Part shown: positions 28,951 through 40,700 of the stretch, one piece after another
Layout of the letters: the number at the start of each line of letters is the position of its first letter
How positions within the stretch are numbered: position 1 is the first letter of the stretch
Assembly (NCBI GenBank): GCA_023213395.1
Contig: CM041465.1
Location: 221,657,741 to 221,721,740 of the forward strand
From: Cycas panzhihuaensis
Lineage: Eukaryota > Plantae > Cycadophyta
Direction: 5' to 3'
Length of the DNA: 64,000 bases
Program-made: the position numbers and the translations under genes
Notes under the pieces: model-generated
What the model was told of the DNA's origin: nothing
The model's input: only the letters and a program-made list of their open reading frames with translations
Database searches by the model: none

Positions 28951-31900
28951 GATGATTCCAGACCAAAAATAAAACAAAAATAATCACTAAGAATAACTCA
29001 CAACTTTATGTCTACATGACCTTTTATCCTACCTCTGCTATCCTTCTAATGCTGCATTACTTGCCAACAAATCTATCCACCCATTTCTGAGTCCTCTACT
29101 TTATACATCTCCTCTTTGATGCCTTTTAGTCCATCTAATCTTTGCAAAGATGTCCCAACAATCCTTCGTCAAATTTGCTTGTAGACGTGAATGAGGAAAC
29201 AATTCATCTGGGCTTTCATCTTCTAGTTCTCCATGGTTGTCCTATCTTCCAGTCCTCTGTCCTGTCTGGGTCATCATATGCAAATGAGACAACTGTCATC
29301 TAAAAATTTGGGGCCATGAAATAACCCCCATCTCTTATCTCTCTACCATGACATGCTCAATCCTTCCTGGTCTATTCAGTCTCCATCTCCAAATGCATAT
29401 GACGACACCACCATCCTGTCTTTGATCTGCAAGTAGGTCATCTTCCCACGTGAGGACATTAGTCGCCTACCTCCATATCTTCACAACCCAACTAGGGGAT
29501 GCCCCCCATCTACACTAGTACTATGATTTGCCCATTGCCTTCGAACCCTAGCTACCTCAAAAGAAAAACCAGAGCACTGTTCGTTTTTAGAGCAAACTAA
29601 TTCACTGACATTTTGATTATTATTGGAATTAAAATTATTCCTTTTTTATAATGTTAGTTTAGATAAATTTTGATTTTTGGGTGGTCCTATATTCTTAGAA
29701 TTTTGATTATAATTATTTGATATAGAACTTCTATGAGGTTTCTAAAACTTGGGATGATTATTATGATTATTTTGATAATTATTTTGATTTTTTGATTTGT
29801 TTTATATCTTGGACTTAGAAAACAAAGCCTAGGAAGGATCTTGTATCATTCCAGTCTGTATTAGCATATTTTGGAATTTAATTAGTTGGTTTATAAATTG
29901 ATTAAATATGATTGGTAGATGACCACACTATTGCCTAACAGCGTTATATTGATTAAAATATTTAGGAAGCTTATTAATAGCTAGATGGACGAGTGTATCA
30001 TCATCTTTTGCATAAGTAGTAGTTATAATTTTGTCATATATTTTTGTTAAAGATTTTATGCAGTTTCCTAAGCCTATGTTTATGAGTTAAAGGTTTGCTA
30101 AGAAGTCTTCAAATCTAAAAAAATCTTTATACTTAAGATCATATATCTTTTATTTAAGAATGACAAGTTGTTGTATATCTAACGTATCATATTTCTCTTT
30201 AAGCTTGGGCTAGACTATGGTAAGATCATCTGTATTAGAGAACTACCTACTTATGTCCAGCGAGAGAGGTTTAAGATGGTGCCTAGGGCTCTATCACAAT
30301 TTATCAAGTATACCACATAGGCATCTAATATTTTATTTGTAGGTTTCATAAACTCTCATGTTACATATTGCCAAAACTTTTATTGCTTGAGCTAGTTTGA
30401 TATTCTAACTACCCAATCAACATAATTTTAACTAGTTAACATTGGAATTAGAATGGAGGAGGTCATCCCTAGCATGAGTTCCATTTTGGAAAAAGAAATC
30501 TAAATGAGATCCTCTTTTGACGATTTAAGGAAAACAATAAGGTATAAATGAAAACCAAAATTTTAAATTAAAATAATAAGTCACAAAAACAATCACAATA
30601 TTATTTTAATAATTACAAAAAAATAATATTGATTCAATACAAATAAAGTTGTATAAATGATTGGGAATAAATTATTAAATTTTGTTGAATAATAAGAAGA
30701 AGGGCCACTTTAACATATTAAAAATAGATTGTAAATGATTTAAAATTATAATTTTAACCATACATGTGAAAAATGAGATCAAATTTGTAATCATTGACAA
30801 AATTATAATATTATTTACAATAAATAGCATTGAAAATAATGGTTAAATTATTTATTAATAAATTGAATGAATTGTGAAAAAGTATATAAGAAAATGATGT
30901 GATTAATGAATTAAATTAATAAATCATTGATAGTGTATTGAATTAAAGCAATAATATTAAAAAATTATAAAGAAATTTAATGGTTTTAGGTTATATACCT
31001 AAACTTACCTGGTTATGATACATTTTGTTGACTTTGTACAAATGTTTCCCTATCAAAATGATATCAAAATTGCTCAATTGACTAGTCAAAACATTGGTGT
31101 TTGAGTCAAGATTCTAACGCAACTTTCAAAACTAGATGTTGACTTTGGATGATGAAGTTATAAAGAAAAATATACAGGTACCCTATTTGAAATGAGGGGG
31201 GGAGGGGCCCTAAAAAAGGGGTTAAGCCCTTTTTAGGATAAGAACAAGATTACATGGGTGGGTTTATATGATCGAGAGTTGAGTCAAAGGGGATATGGAC
31301 CCGAAATACAAATAAATCAAATTTGAAGGTTTTTACACTTGCAAAAATATTAATCAAAATTTAATAACTCTTTTGCATCTAGTTAAATGTAAAAACATGA
31401 ACTATATAAAATAAATCAATTATTTTATTATATGTAATATGTATTTAGGGTTTTAAACTTTTTTATTTTTTCCCAAACGAATTATAAATAGTGGCATTCA
31501 ATTTTTTGCATGATCTAAATCAAAGTTTTTACATTTTTCTTTGTTGACTGATCTATATTAATCTGATTTAGCTACATGATGATAGAATTATGATAGAAAC
31601 AAAGGGTTATATCTTAAAGTATTTCACAATTCTTATGTGGAGTACACAGATTAAGTGAAGTAGGTTGAGAGTTATCTTATTTTTTTAATCATTATCTCAT
31701 CTTCATCATACTACGCATCTATGGTGGTTGCAAGAGAAGCAACTATGTAAAGGGAGTAAATGGCATCTACGTGAGAACTTATGCTCTATGTGTCACTTAC
31801 AGATTTCTTCTCAACTACTAGAAATAAATAATAATGTCCTTTATTGATGATGTATATTTTATGTATGGAGCTTGGTTTATCTCCAAAAGGAAAACAAAAA

Positions 31901-32055
31901 CTTCATTTTTATTCTTAAAGAATATAGTGTGGAATCACGTTTAAAACAAAGTTGTAACTATGTGATGGTTTCATCTCCTTCTTGGCTAGTTTGTGGCATG
32001 CAGAACCACTACCCATTCATTCATGATCCAACTTCTAAATCCCATTCCAATACCA

Positions 32056-32472
32056 TGTTGGAGAGAGGGTTAGAGTAGAGTAATTATTACATATTAATCA
32101 ACATATCATCAATCATAAATAACACTAGATATGGAAAGTGGAAAACCCCTATAGGGGATTAAAAAACCACCTCATATATAGTATAATTTTATTATAATAA
32201 TGATTAGAATACATTAGAGATGGTCAAGGATCTCATCCTCTCTCTCAGGTTTTGTAAACCTTCTACCTACATAGATATAACTGACCGGCCTCCTAGACCT
32301 CTAAGCCAAACATGCTTAAAAGATTCTCGAATAGTTATTTGGGAGAAGTTGACTAAAATAGATAGTTATCCATTTCACTAAACTTTTAGTAATAACATAT
32401 TGAATTTAATAAATAGATACATTATACAATAGTTAAGTGTAAAAGGTAACATTAAGGCAAATATTCTTAACA
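32056..32472 (-). repeat. Copia-2 5' LTR
   Basis: TG...CA termini, adjacent PBS, followed by TSD AAGAT. Confidence 0.96.
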
Positions 32473-33619
32473 AAGATAAATCCTTATATGGTCTCTTTAG
32501 AGAAGACCACTTAGCCATCCATGACTTTACAACACATTCTTAAAGAATGAACATATGGTCAACCCATTTATTCTTTATTACCCCTATAATTATCAAGGTT
32601 ACTTATAACCCAACTTTTTTTGGATAAGTCAAAGTAGGTAAAGTTCACTTATATGACCACACCCCTAGTAAGAACTTGTCTTAGTACATTTTGGAGTTCT
32701 ATGTTAGTAGAGGGTCTTAGCCTAGTAATTTCTTAGTAAAAGTAGTGAGATAGAATTTTTGACTATGTAAACACCTAGGGCATAACTATGGATCCTTAGG
32801 CATGATGACAATTAAGAATGTGAAAACATTTCGATGACAATGTCTTAATTTAAAACCTAGTATAACAAAAGTTGCAGCCTAAAAGTTAAGTGAACAATGT
32901 GAGTGGACAAAGGTAGGAGGCACAACTAAAGATCTATCAAAGCCTAAACTTGTCATGTATATTTGTGAAACTAAAATTAATTTTTTTTATCGTTCTTATT
33001 TTTCCTTTATAATTTTCAGCAATAGTAATACACGTCAAGTCCCTACAAGAGTTAAATTAAAAATGCTTACTAAAATCCTAATGCAACTACATGTAAGTGC
33101 AACTATATAAAGAAGATTTATACTGTTCATTATTTAGTTTTCTAAATTAAAATTTAAGAATTGAAATCAAACTATATAATTAAAATCCTACCTTATAGTT
33201 TAGCAAAAATTAATGTGTGAATGAATTTAGTATTTTCCTTGAATTATATGATCATTATTACCTATCAAAATCCTTTTTATTTATTTATATAAAGGATGAG
33301 GATGGATTATCTGTGCCTAGTATAAAGGTGACCAGGTGTATTAGATATGTCAAGATATTTTCTTTAAGGTATCTAAAATATAACTTTTAAAATAATGCCA
33401 ACAATAAGTAAATATTAAGCTTAAATTAATATTTTAAATGAATAACTAAGTGTGTTTATTAATTTATAGTTTTATTTGGATAATAGCTTAAACATATGGT
33501 ATTTTGATATTTAGATATGGGTAAAATGACTTGATTTTTTAGTGTTAAAGGCAAGGTTCATGCTTTGAAATAAATTAATTATATTTATTAAAAACATGTC
33601 CTCGAAGGATAGTTCAAAC

Positions 33620-34172
33620 TGTTAGAAATAATATTTAATCTTCTAATAGTAATATCAATGGGATCTAGTGTTAAATGGTCTAATGTTATGAGACTAATAT
33701 TAGTACCAAAAAATGGTGAATATATTAGTATTTCTTAGAATAATATTTAATCTATAAGTAGTCTAGTTGATTTGTTGACAATATAAGAATGATCAGTGTT
33801 GACATGATAGGTGTCACCTTAATATAAAGTTGTGTAGTGTAAATAACTTATGTCAATAAGCCTTCATCGATGAGTATACTTAACTTAATTATCTACAAAT
33901 CAACCTAGACATCATAGGCATATGATATATCTAATAGTGATAAGTATCAATCAATTATAAATTCTTTGATAGAATATTACTAAGTCAAAATATATATTAA
34001 GGTGTACCATATATATATTATAGAATGATGGAGAGGTCATTCTAAATTAATAAAATTCAAGTTATGGGTAGACTAATTCTACCTAATAATTTCTTTCTTG
34101 TCTTTTTTATGCATACATATGTTATTGTTGCTTATTTATTTTGGTTTCATATTCGATCCTTAAATTTTCATA
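33620..34172 (+). repeat. Element A 5' LTR
   Basis: Matches 58512-59063, about 17% mismatch by hand count. Confidence 0.95.
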
Positions 34173-34184
34173 TGGTATTAGAGC
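34173..34184 (+). promoter_or_regulatory. Primer-binding site (tRNA-iMet type) of element A
   Basis: TGGTATTAGAGC versus canonical TGGTATCAGAGC, directly after the LTR. Confidence 0.9.
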
Positions 34185-34603
34185 AGGTTAGCTCATTGAG
34201 AAAAGTTAATGTTACTAGTTTTCTAGTTGAGAATTTGATGTTTATTTGGGAATATTATTTGTGAGGGTGAAGATTTTATATTTGGATCATTGGACAATAG
34301 TTGATGGAATAGTCAATAGAGACTAGACACATCTAATTTTGTTTGATTTTTTTTGTTTGTCCAACCACTGTCAATTATTTCTTGTCCAACCTCTGCTGAC
34401 TATTCTATCAACTATTCCATGTCAAACATCCATGACTATTTCATTAACATCCATGACTATTTCATCCAACCTCCATCAATTACTCTGTTCACTATTTTGT
34501 GTCTAATTTCTATCATGGTTGACAAAGTTAGACAAATATTAGTCAATAATAATTGATAGAATAGTCGATGGACATTGGACACTATTAGAGAGATCTGTCG
34601 GCA

Positions 34604-34710
34604 ATAATCGATAGGATAGTCAATGAAGTTGGATAATTGATAAGATAGTCAATGAAGTTGGATAATTGATAGGATAGTCAATGAAGTTGGATAATCAATA
34701 GGAAAGTTGA
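34604..34710 (+). repeat. 29-bp tandem repeat (~3.5 copies)
   Basis: Unit ATAAT(C/T)GATA(G/A)GATAGTCAATGAAGTTGG at 34604, 34633, 34662 and partial at 34691. Confidence 0.9.
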
Positions 34711-37700
34711 CAAAGTTACATAGCTGATGAAGATTATTAGTGAAGTTTGGCAGGTGATGAAATTGTTGATGGAGTTGGTCATAGCTATAGACAATCGACG
34801 AAGTGGTCATTGCCTCAATCAACGAGGTTGTTGCTACCTCAATTGATGAAGTTTATCACTATTGTAGATATTAGTCAACAAAGATATCACTCGATAAAAG
34901 GACAATGGTTGAGGAGCAATGTCCAGGCCATAAGAAATAATTATAAAGTCATGGGAATGCTACTTGATGTTACTTTTCATCATTTTAAAAGTTTATAAAA
35001 ATTAGCAACAAATTCCTTAGAGACTAAAGGGTTGGTGCATAATAAAAATAGCTAAGTGAACTATCATCTAAGACAATTATAATTCCACCCTTGTCTAGTT
35101 GTTTACCTTTTATCAAAGGAGAGTGTTGAAGGAGATTATATATCACCCATCTTAAGGTGAGTCATAATTATTATAGAAGTAGTATGGTGGAATCATTCAT
35201 CTGATTTTGCCCTTGATTTAAAAGTAGTGGCATGGTTTTGGAATACGGGATTCTTTCATTTATGTGTAGCTTTTATTTTAAATTTTCTAACATAATATAA
35301 GGCCTATATTATTTGTGTATAAGAAAAGGATTTCCTACCTAATCTAGTGTTTGACCCATCATGATCTATTCCAGTTCGTTCATGGTGGAGACATGTTTTT
35401 GAGGAGGAAGCGTTAACTAATTCTATAAAGTTACTAATTCTAAAAGCATAGGCATATGGTGATGCACTCTAGTAAAAGAGGTTAATGTCATAATATCATT
35501 AGTGAATAACTAAAGTGGCTATAGGAAGAGATTTATTGAAAGTAACTTATGCAAATTCACTTGAAGGGAAAACCACCATGCACACCCCTAATTATAAATG
35601 ATGAAATTATATGGAGTGGGACAATTATTCTCATCTCCATCTTTGCTCTCCATTCTTGCTCTCTTCATTATTCATTCTTCTTTTCCAATATGTGAGTATG
35701 AGTGATTTGAACACTAGATCCATATCACCTCTTCCTTCATGTGGTATAAGAGTCACAGGTGATCTTCTCACTCCATTCCACTGGCAAGGAATGAGTTTTT
35801 TCCCTCTCCTTCACCTTCCATGTGAAGTATAGAGAGTGTATTTATATTCTAAATTGATGAGAGATTTTTCACTTGATTTTTATTTGTAAAATATATTTGT
35901 ATCCTCTATTCATCTACATGTTTTATAAGGATCAAATCCGCTCCCTAGAACTAGTCTATCTAGCTTTTAAAATATTTTGCGGGAACTTTTCAAGTCCACA
36001 AGGAGAGATTTTGATGAAGTTTTCTTAGAAATATAATAGATCAAAGTTGAGATAATGTAATGAAGTTGTAGGAGCAAAGTATGACTACTTGCAGGTTATA
36101 GAACAATGATAAAATATTCACAGTACTAACTAATCAAGCTACACAAACCCAAAAAAAAAAAGTTGTTTAAATCAACTAAAATTTTGTAGGGAGGGTTGGC
36201 TAGCTATGTGGAGTATTTTTGTCTTTTGGGTCAACCTCTAATTCAACCTCAAAAGCCTCCAAATTATAAAAGTAGAGTCATAGCCCCAACTTAGGTTTTT
36301 TTAACAAATTCTCTTAATTTAATGTCTTCTAATCAAAATTTTTTAAGGGGTTTGGTAGATCTTCACATCAAAAATCTATTGAATCTAGTTTCATCAAATT
36401 TCATTGAGTATTTTTGAAGAGATTTGTGAAAATTTAATTTTAGCTTTAAGAGGTTTCATAAGAGTTTTAGGGTATTTCAAGAGAGTTTTGAGCAATACTT
36501 CTTTAGCAAAAGTTAGATGTTTGAACCTAATCTATTATTTAGTAGGGTGAAGTTTTGAGTTAAAATGTTTCTACCATTTCATATGGTTGTATGACAATAT
36601 AAGAGTTTCTACTATCATATTCAAGTTTCTTACATCATTCTTAATATTTTCTCTTTTGTCTAAAGTCTAGTTTTTGTAGAAAATTTTAGATTTTTTGCCC
36701 TTTTTCCCTTTTTCTTTATAAAAAGTACATAGAAAAAGAAGGGGTTTTTTAGATATTCTTCAGAATTTTTAAAGAAAAAACTTATTGTAATAGTAAAACA
36801 CCTAGATCAGAGCAATATCCTATGTTTTTACTTAACATCTTGCATGATCCTTAGATTGATATGCTTATTTGATCAACACTAGTCATCATAAAGGAGGACA
36901 CATAAATATAAAAGCAAGCAAAATAGAAGCACATTCATTATTTTAGTTTTAGTTCTTTAGTAACATGTACTCAATATCATTCATTATATGTTTCCCTTAA
37001 AATGAACACATTTCATACATTTTTTCTGCCATCTTTCGCATGTTCGCATACTCACCAAGGTTGAGATACCTTAGTTGGTAGAATTCCTTATCATAAAAGA
37101 GGTGTGGGTTTTAAGGTATGCCTAGACTTAATTGGAATACTCGTGGAGCGATAGGTTATTCATACCTATGGGCTCTAATCAAGGATCATCTTGATAACCA
37201 ATTAGGACAATTAAAACCTTAATACAAGATAAAATTTAGTTAGTCCAATATTTATCATAGCCTTGGGTGTGTAATATTATTTGACTCTTTAGAGAAGGTA
37301 TATCATTTCTTGGAGGCGAACTGAGTAAGGGCTGGTAGTAATTAGGCTCCACTGTGACTTAGATTTCATCACCAAGCATAGGTACAAGTATCACAGGTGA
37401 AGGCCCTAATTTATTACATTAGAAGTCTTAGGTGTCATATCAAACATCTTAACTACATTGGGACATAATATTGAGGTAAGTGGTTAATATATCATATACC
37501 ACTCTTTGTCTTAGGCTATATACTTGCATGATCACTTGTATGCATTCATCACTAGTGACCCATTGTGCTTCTACATCATTCATTGTACTGTAAAACCCTG
37601 CTATATTAGGAGTAATTATCACAAGTATTGTGGCCATTCTTTATTGCTTACTTTCTTCTCATCATAAGAATTCATTCACATATCCCTACTATGCCAAGTA

Positions 37701-37765
37701 TACTAGCCACATGTATCAGTGGCCAACACATTTATCTTCTCTTTTTCTTCTTTCTTATCTTCACC

Positions 37766-40700
37766 ATGTTATCATAATTTAAGTAGAATGACAACTACAT
37801 ATTGAAAGGCAAAGAAAATTAGGACTTATGGTTCATTGAAGTTTAAAATACTACAAAGTATAAAGGCCTTTGGAGAGACCACTTGTAGCTTACACCTATC
37901 ATACTAGTAACTGCTACTACACCTACTTCAGGAGGGATTGCCTTAACTACTCCTATAGATGCTACCAAAAAATGACAATGGGAGATTGCTGATGAAAAGA
38001 TTCGTATAGGAATTCTACTAATCACTGACCATTTCTTATAAAACTTAATTGATGAAGAGTAACATGATACTACTTGGAAAGTACTCGAAGTCCTTCAAAA
38101 GAACTTTGATACCAAGTTAAACCTTATATTTGTTCATCCAGTACTAAAGATGAATAACTCAAAATACAGAAGGGATACGCAATTCATATAATGGGAGATT
38201 GATGATAAAAATATTTATATAGGAATTCTACTAATCACTAACCATTTCTTATAAAACTTAATTGATGAAGAGTAACATGACACTACTTGGAAAGTACTCG
38301 AAGTCCTTCAAAAGAACTCTGATACCAAGTTAAACCTTAAATTCGTTCATCCAGTACTAAAGATGAATAGCTCAAAATGCAGAAGTGATGTGTAGTTCAT
38401 ATCATCAACATCCTTTGACCTATTAAATAGGCCATCGACAAAGACTTCAAGACCTAATATATTATGTGTGTATTATTGATCTAATCATGTCTACATGTTC
38501 TGATTACAAAAACTTGCTTGGAAGTCTTTAATCTAATGGCACATTGAAGATACTCAACTTCGAAGCACTTGCTAAGAAGTTCATAAAATTTGACAAGACC
38601 TTTGATACCAACATTATAGCTTCTAACTCTCTTCTAGATGCAGCTTTTAAGGTGGAAGAAGAAGCTTGCTACATAAAGAATCAAGGTCCCTTCCATGGTA
38701 GAGGATATAACTAAGTAAGAGAAAGGGATAGAAATAAAGAAAATCATCTATACGATAAACAAAACCCTTAGTCTCAACCTCAATAGTCTTAAGGCCAAGG
38801 GCCACCTCAGAAAAATACAAGATAGTTAGGTCAAACTAGTACCCCTTCTATGACTAGAAATTAAACCATTATGTGTGAAAGGTGTGATAAGAAAGGACAC
38901 CTAGCAAAAGATTACAGAATAGCCACCTATAAGTTGGCCAAGTTATAATAGAGCCATGGGGCTCATAATGTCAAAGAAGCTTATGAAGAACCATTTGGTG
39001 GAGTAGGATTTGCATAAGCATATATCTAAAGGATTGAGGGATCTTCATCACATAATATTATTGAATAATCAAAGAGGTACTTTGAGGCTCATTGTGGATA
39101 CACCATTTCTGAATTTAATTCACTAATGCCTCTCCCACTCAGAGTTACAAATAGCATTGCCTCAAATACTTCAACAGGTATCATGGACATTGGAGCCACC
39201 TAACATATGACTTCAACCATAGTCTCTTTCAGACATTTGACTCTAATATTCAAGGAGGTGTTCATATCACTGATAAATATTAGTAACCTATCAAAGGAAT
39301 TAATAACATTTGACTAAAACTCCCAGGCTTAAGACACTTGATACTACTTAATGTCATGTGTATTTCTAATCTCAAACATATCCTATTCTCTGTATCTACA
39401 CTCGTCTCTGATGGATTTGACTTGAGTGTAACCACAAATGACTAGACTCTCCATGCCATTCATCCCCCATCAAATAGAGTGGTCTTGACTAGAAATCTCA
39501 CTAGTAAACTCTTTTATCCAAATGGCCCCCTATCTTTTGAAGTTAATTGTGCCCAAAGCCTTTGTGCTAATGAAGAATTTACATTCAACACTACCCTGAT
39601 ACACCTAAATCTATCCCAAGAAGCTCTTTGGAATGCTTGCATGGGTCATGTTTATATTAGCTGACTAAGAGATCTTTGTCATACACTCCCAAGTTTTCCA
39701 AAATTCTCAAAAAGCCCTTTAAATATAAGGCTTGCATAATTATCAAGTCTCATCAATAGCCCTTTCCTAAAAGTTAGTGGAAATCAAGCTATCCTCTACA
39801 GTTGGTACACTATGATATATACAAAATAATACATATTCCATCATTAAAGTATAAGTGGTATTATATCACCTTCATTAATAATTTTACCAAAAAAGTGTAG
39901 GCAACTTTTATGGCTAAGAAAGATAAAACATTTAGTGTCCTCTAAGCATTCAAGGCCAACACTGAAAAAGAGTTAGGCTATTAAATCAAATATACCTTAA
40001 ATGAGTTTGAAAATTATCTTTGAGACTATAGGATCAAGCACCAAACAATAGTCATAGGTACCCCCCAATAAGATGGAGTTACAGAATATATAAATAGGAC
40101 CATAATAAATATGGCTTAAGTGATGTTAGTATATAAAAATATACCTACCTATCTATAAGCTAAAGCTATTTATACAATTATTTACTACATCAACACTATT
40201 AGCCCATCCAAGCAAGGACCATCACCAAATAAAAAGTGGTTAGGATAGGCCCCCATTATTCACCACTTTAGAATCTTTGGCTCTATATGCTATGCCTATA
40301 TACTGGATAAAGATATAAACAAACTCCAGCCAAGGGCACTTAAAGGAATCTTTGTCAGATACCCTATGGAAAATAAAGAGTATAAGGTATTTATACCCTT
40401 ATAATGGAAGATAATCATCACCAAAGATGTTGTGTTTATAGAGATAAATGATCGGTTGCTTAAATTAGACTCCAAAACACCTTCACATTACTATAATAAT
40501 GCCACAAGTTATGATGTCTAGATTCTAAAATTTAGGAGGGTAGACATACATAAATGATCCAAAATATTAAAATCTAACAACAGAGCCCCAGATAATATGA
40601 GTTGTGACTCCTAGTTGATGAGTGCACATCTAACATCATCCTATGAGAATAGTAGATTTGATAAGGGTAAAGTCATTATAGAAGAATCATCCTCTCTACC

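Larger units (their letters stand above)
23337..29603 (-). mobile_element. L1-clade LINE (L1-b), apparently full length, related to L1-a
   Basis: Poly(T) at 23335-23346. 15-bp degenerate TSD ACTGATGTTCTGATT (23322-23336) / ACTGACATTTTGATT (29604-29618). 3' UTR resembles that of L1-a. Confidence 0.93.
20055..30484 (-). pseudogene. Copia-2 gag-pol pseudogene (split by L1-b at 23337-29603)
   Basis: gag start MTSSILIPMLTS*NYVDW (~30466). Zinc knuckle CAYCHKK... at ~23280-23321, WILDSSASHHM protease (~23125-23158), KKLDPKNSKFIFVEY (21851-22066), RT and RNase H to ~20055. Confidence 0.9.
19536..32472 (-). mobile_element. Ty1/Copia LTR retrotransposon (Copia-2), structurally complete, interrupted by L1-b
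   Basis: 417-bp LTRs at 19536-19952 and 32056-32472. TSD AAGAT at 19531-19535 and 32473-32477. PPT 19953-19960; degenerate PBS 32042-32055. Confidence 0.96.
14817..32773 (-). mobile_element. Ty3/Gypsy retrotransposon (Tat/Athila-like), 3' truncated, 5' LTR split by Copia-2
   Basis: RT IRVSVDFHQLNKACSKDNYPLPFID (15522-15707), protease VVIDAGSSFNI (~16790-16825), gag ~18100-18700, RNase H start ILSPPNFSKDFIL (~14940-14990). Putative PBS ~19036-19047. Putative LTR 19052-19535 + 32478-32773 ending GTAAACA. Confidence 0.75.

Noticed and set aside
34604-34710. 29-bp repeats as a CRISPR array
   Set aside because: Head-to-tail units with no unique spacers, no cas genes, eukaryotic TE context.
38317-38327. 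Perfect reverse PBS CTCTGATACCA inside B gag
   Set aside because: Lies in gag coding sequence (NSDTK), the duplicate copy reads CTTTGATACCA, and no LTR adjoins it; probably chance.
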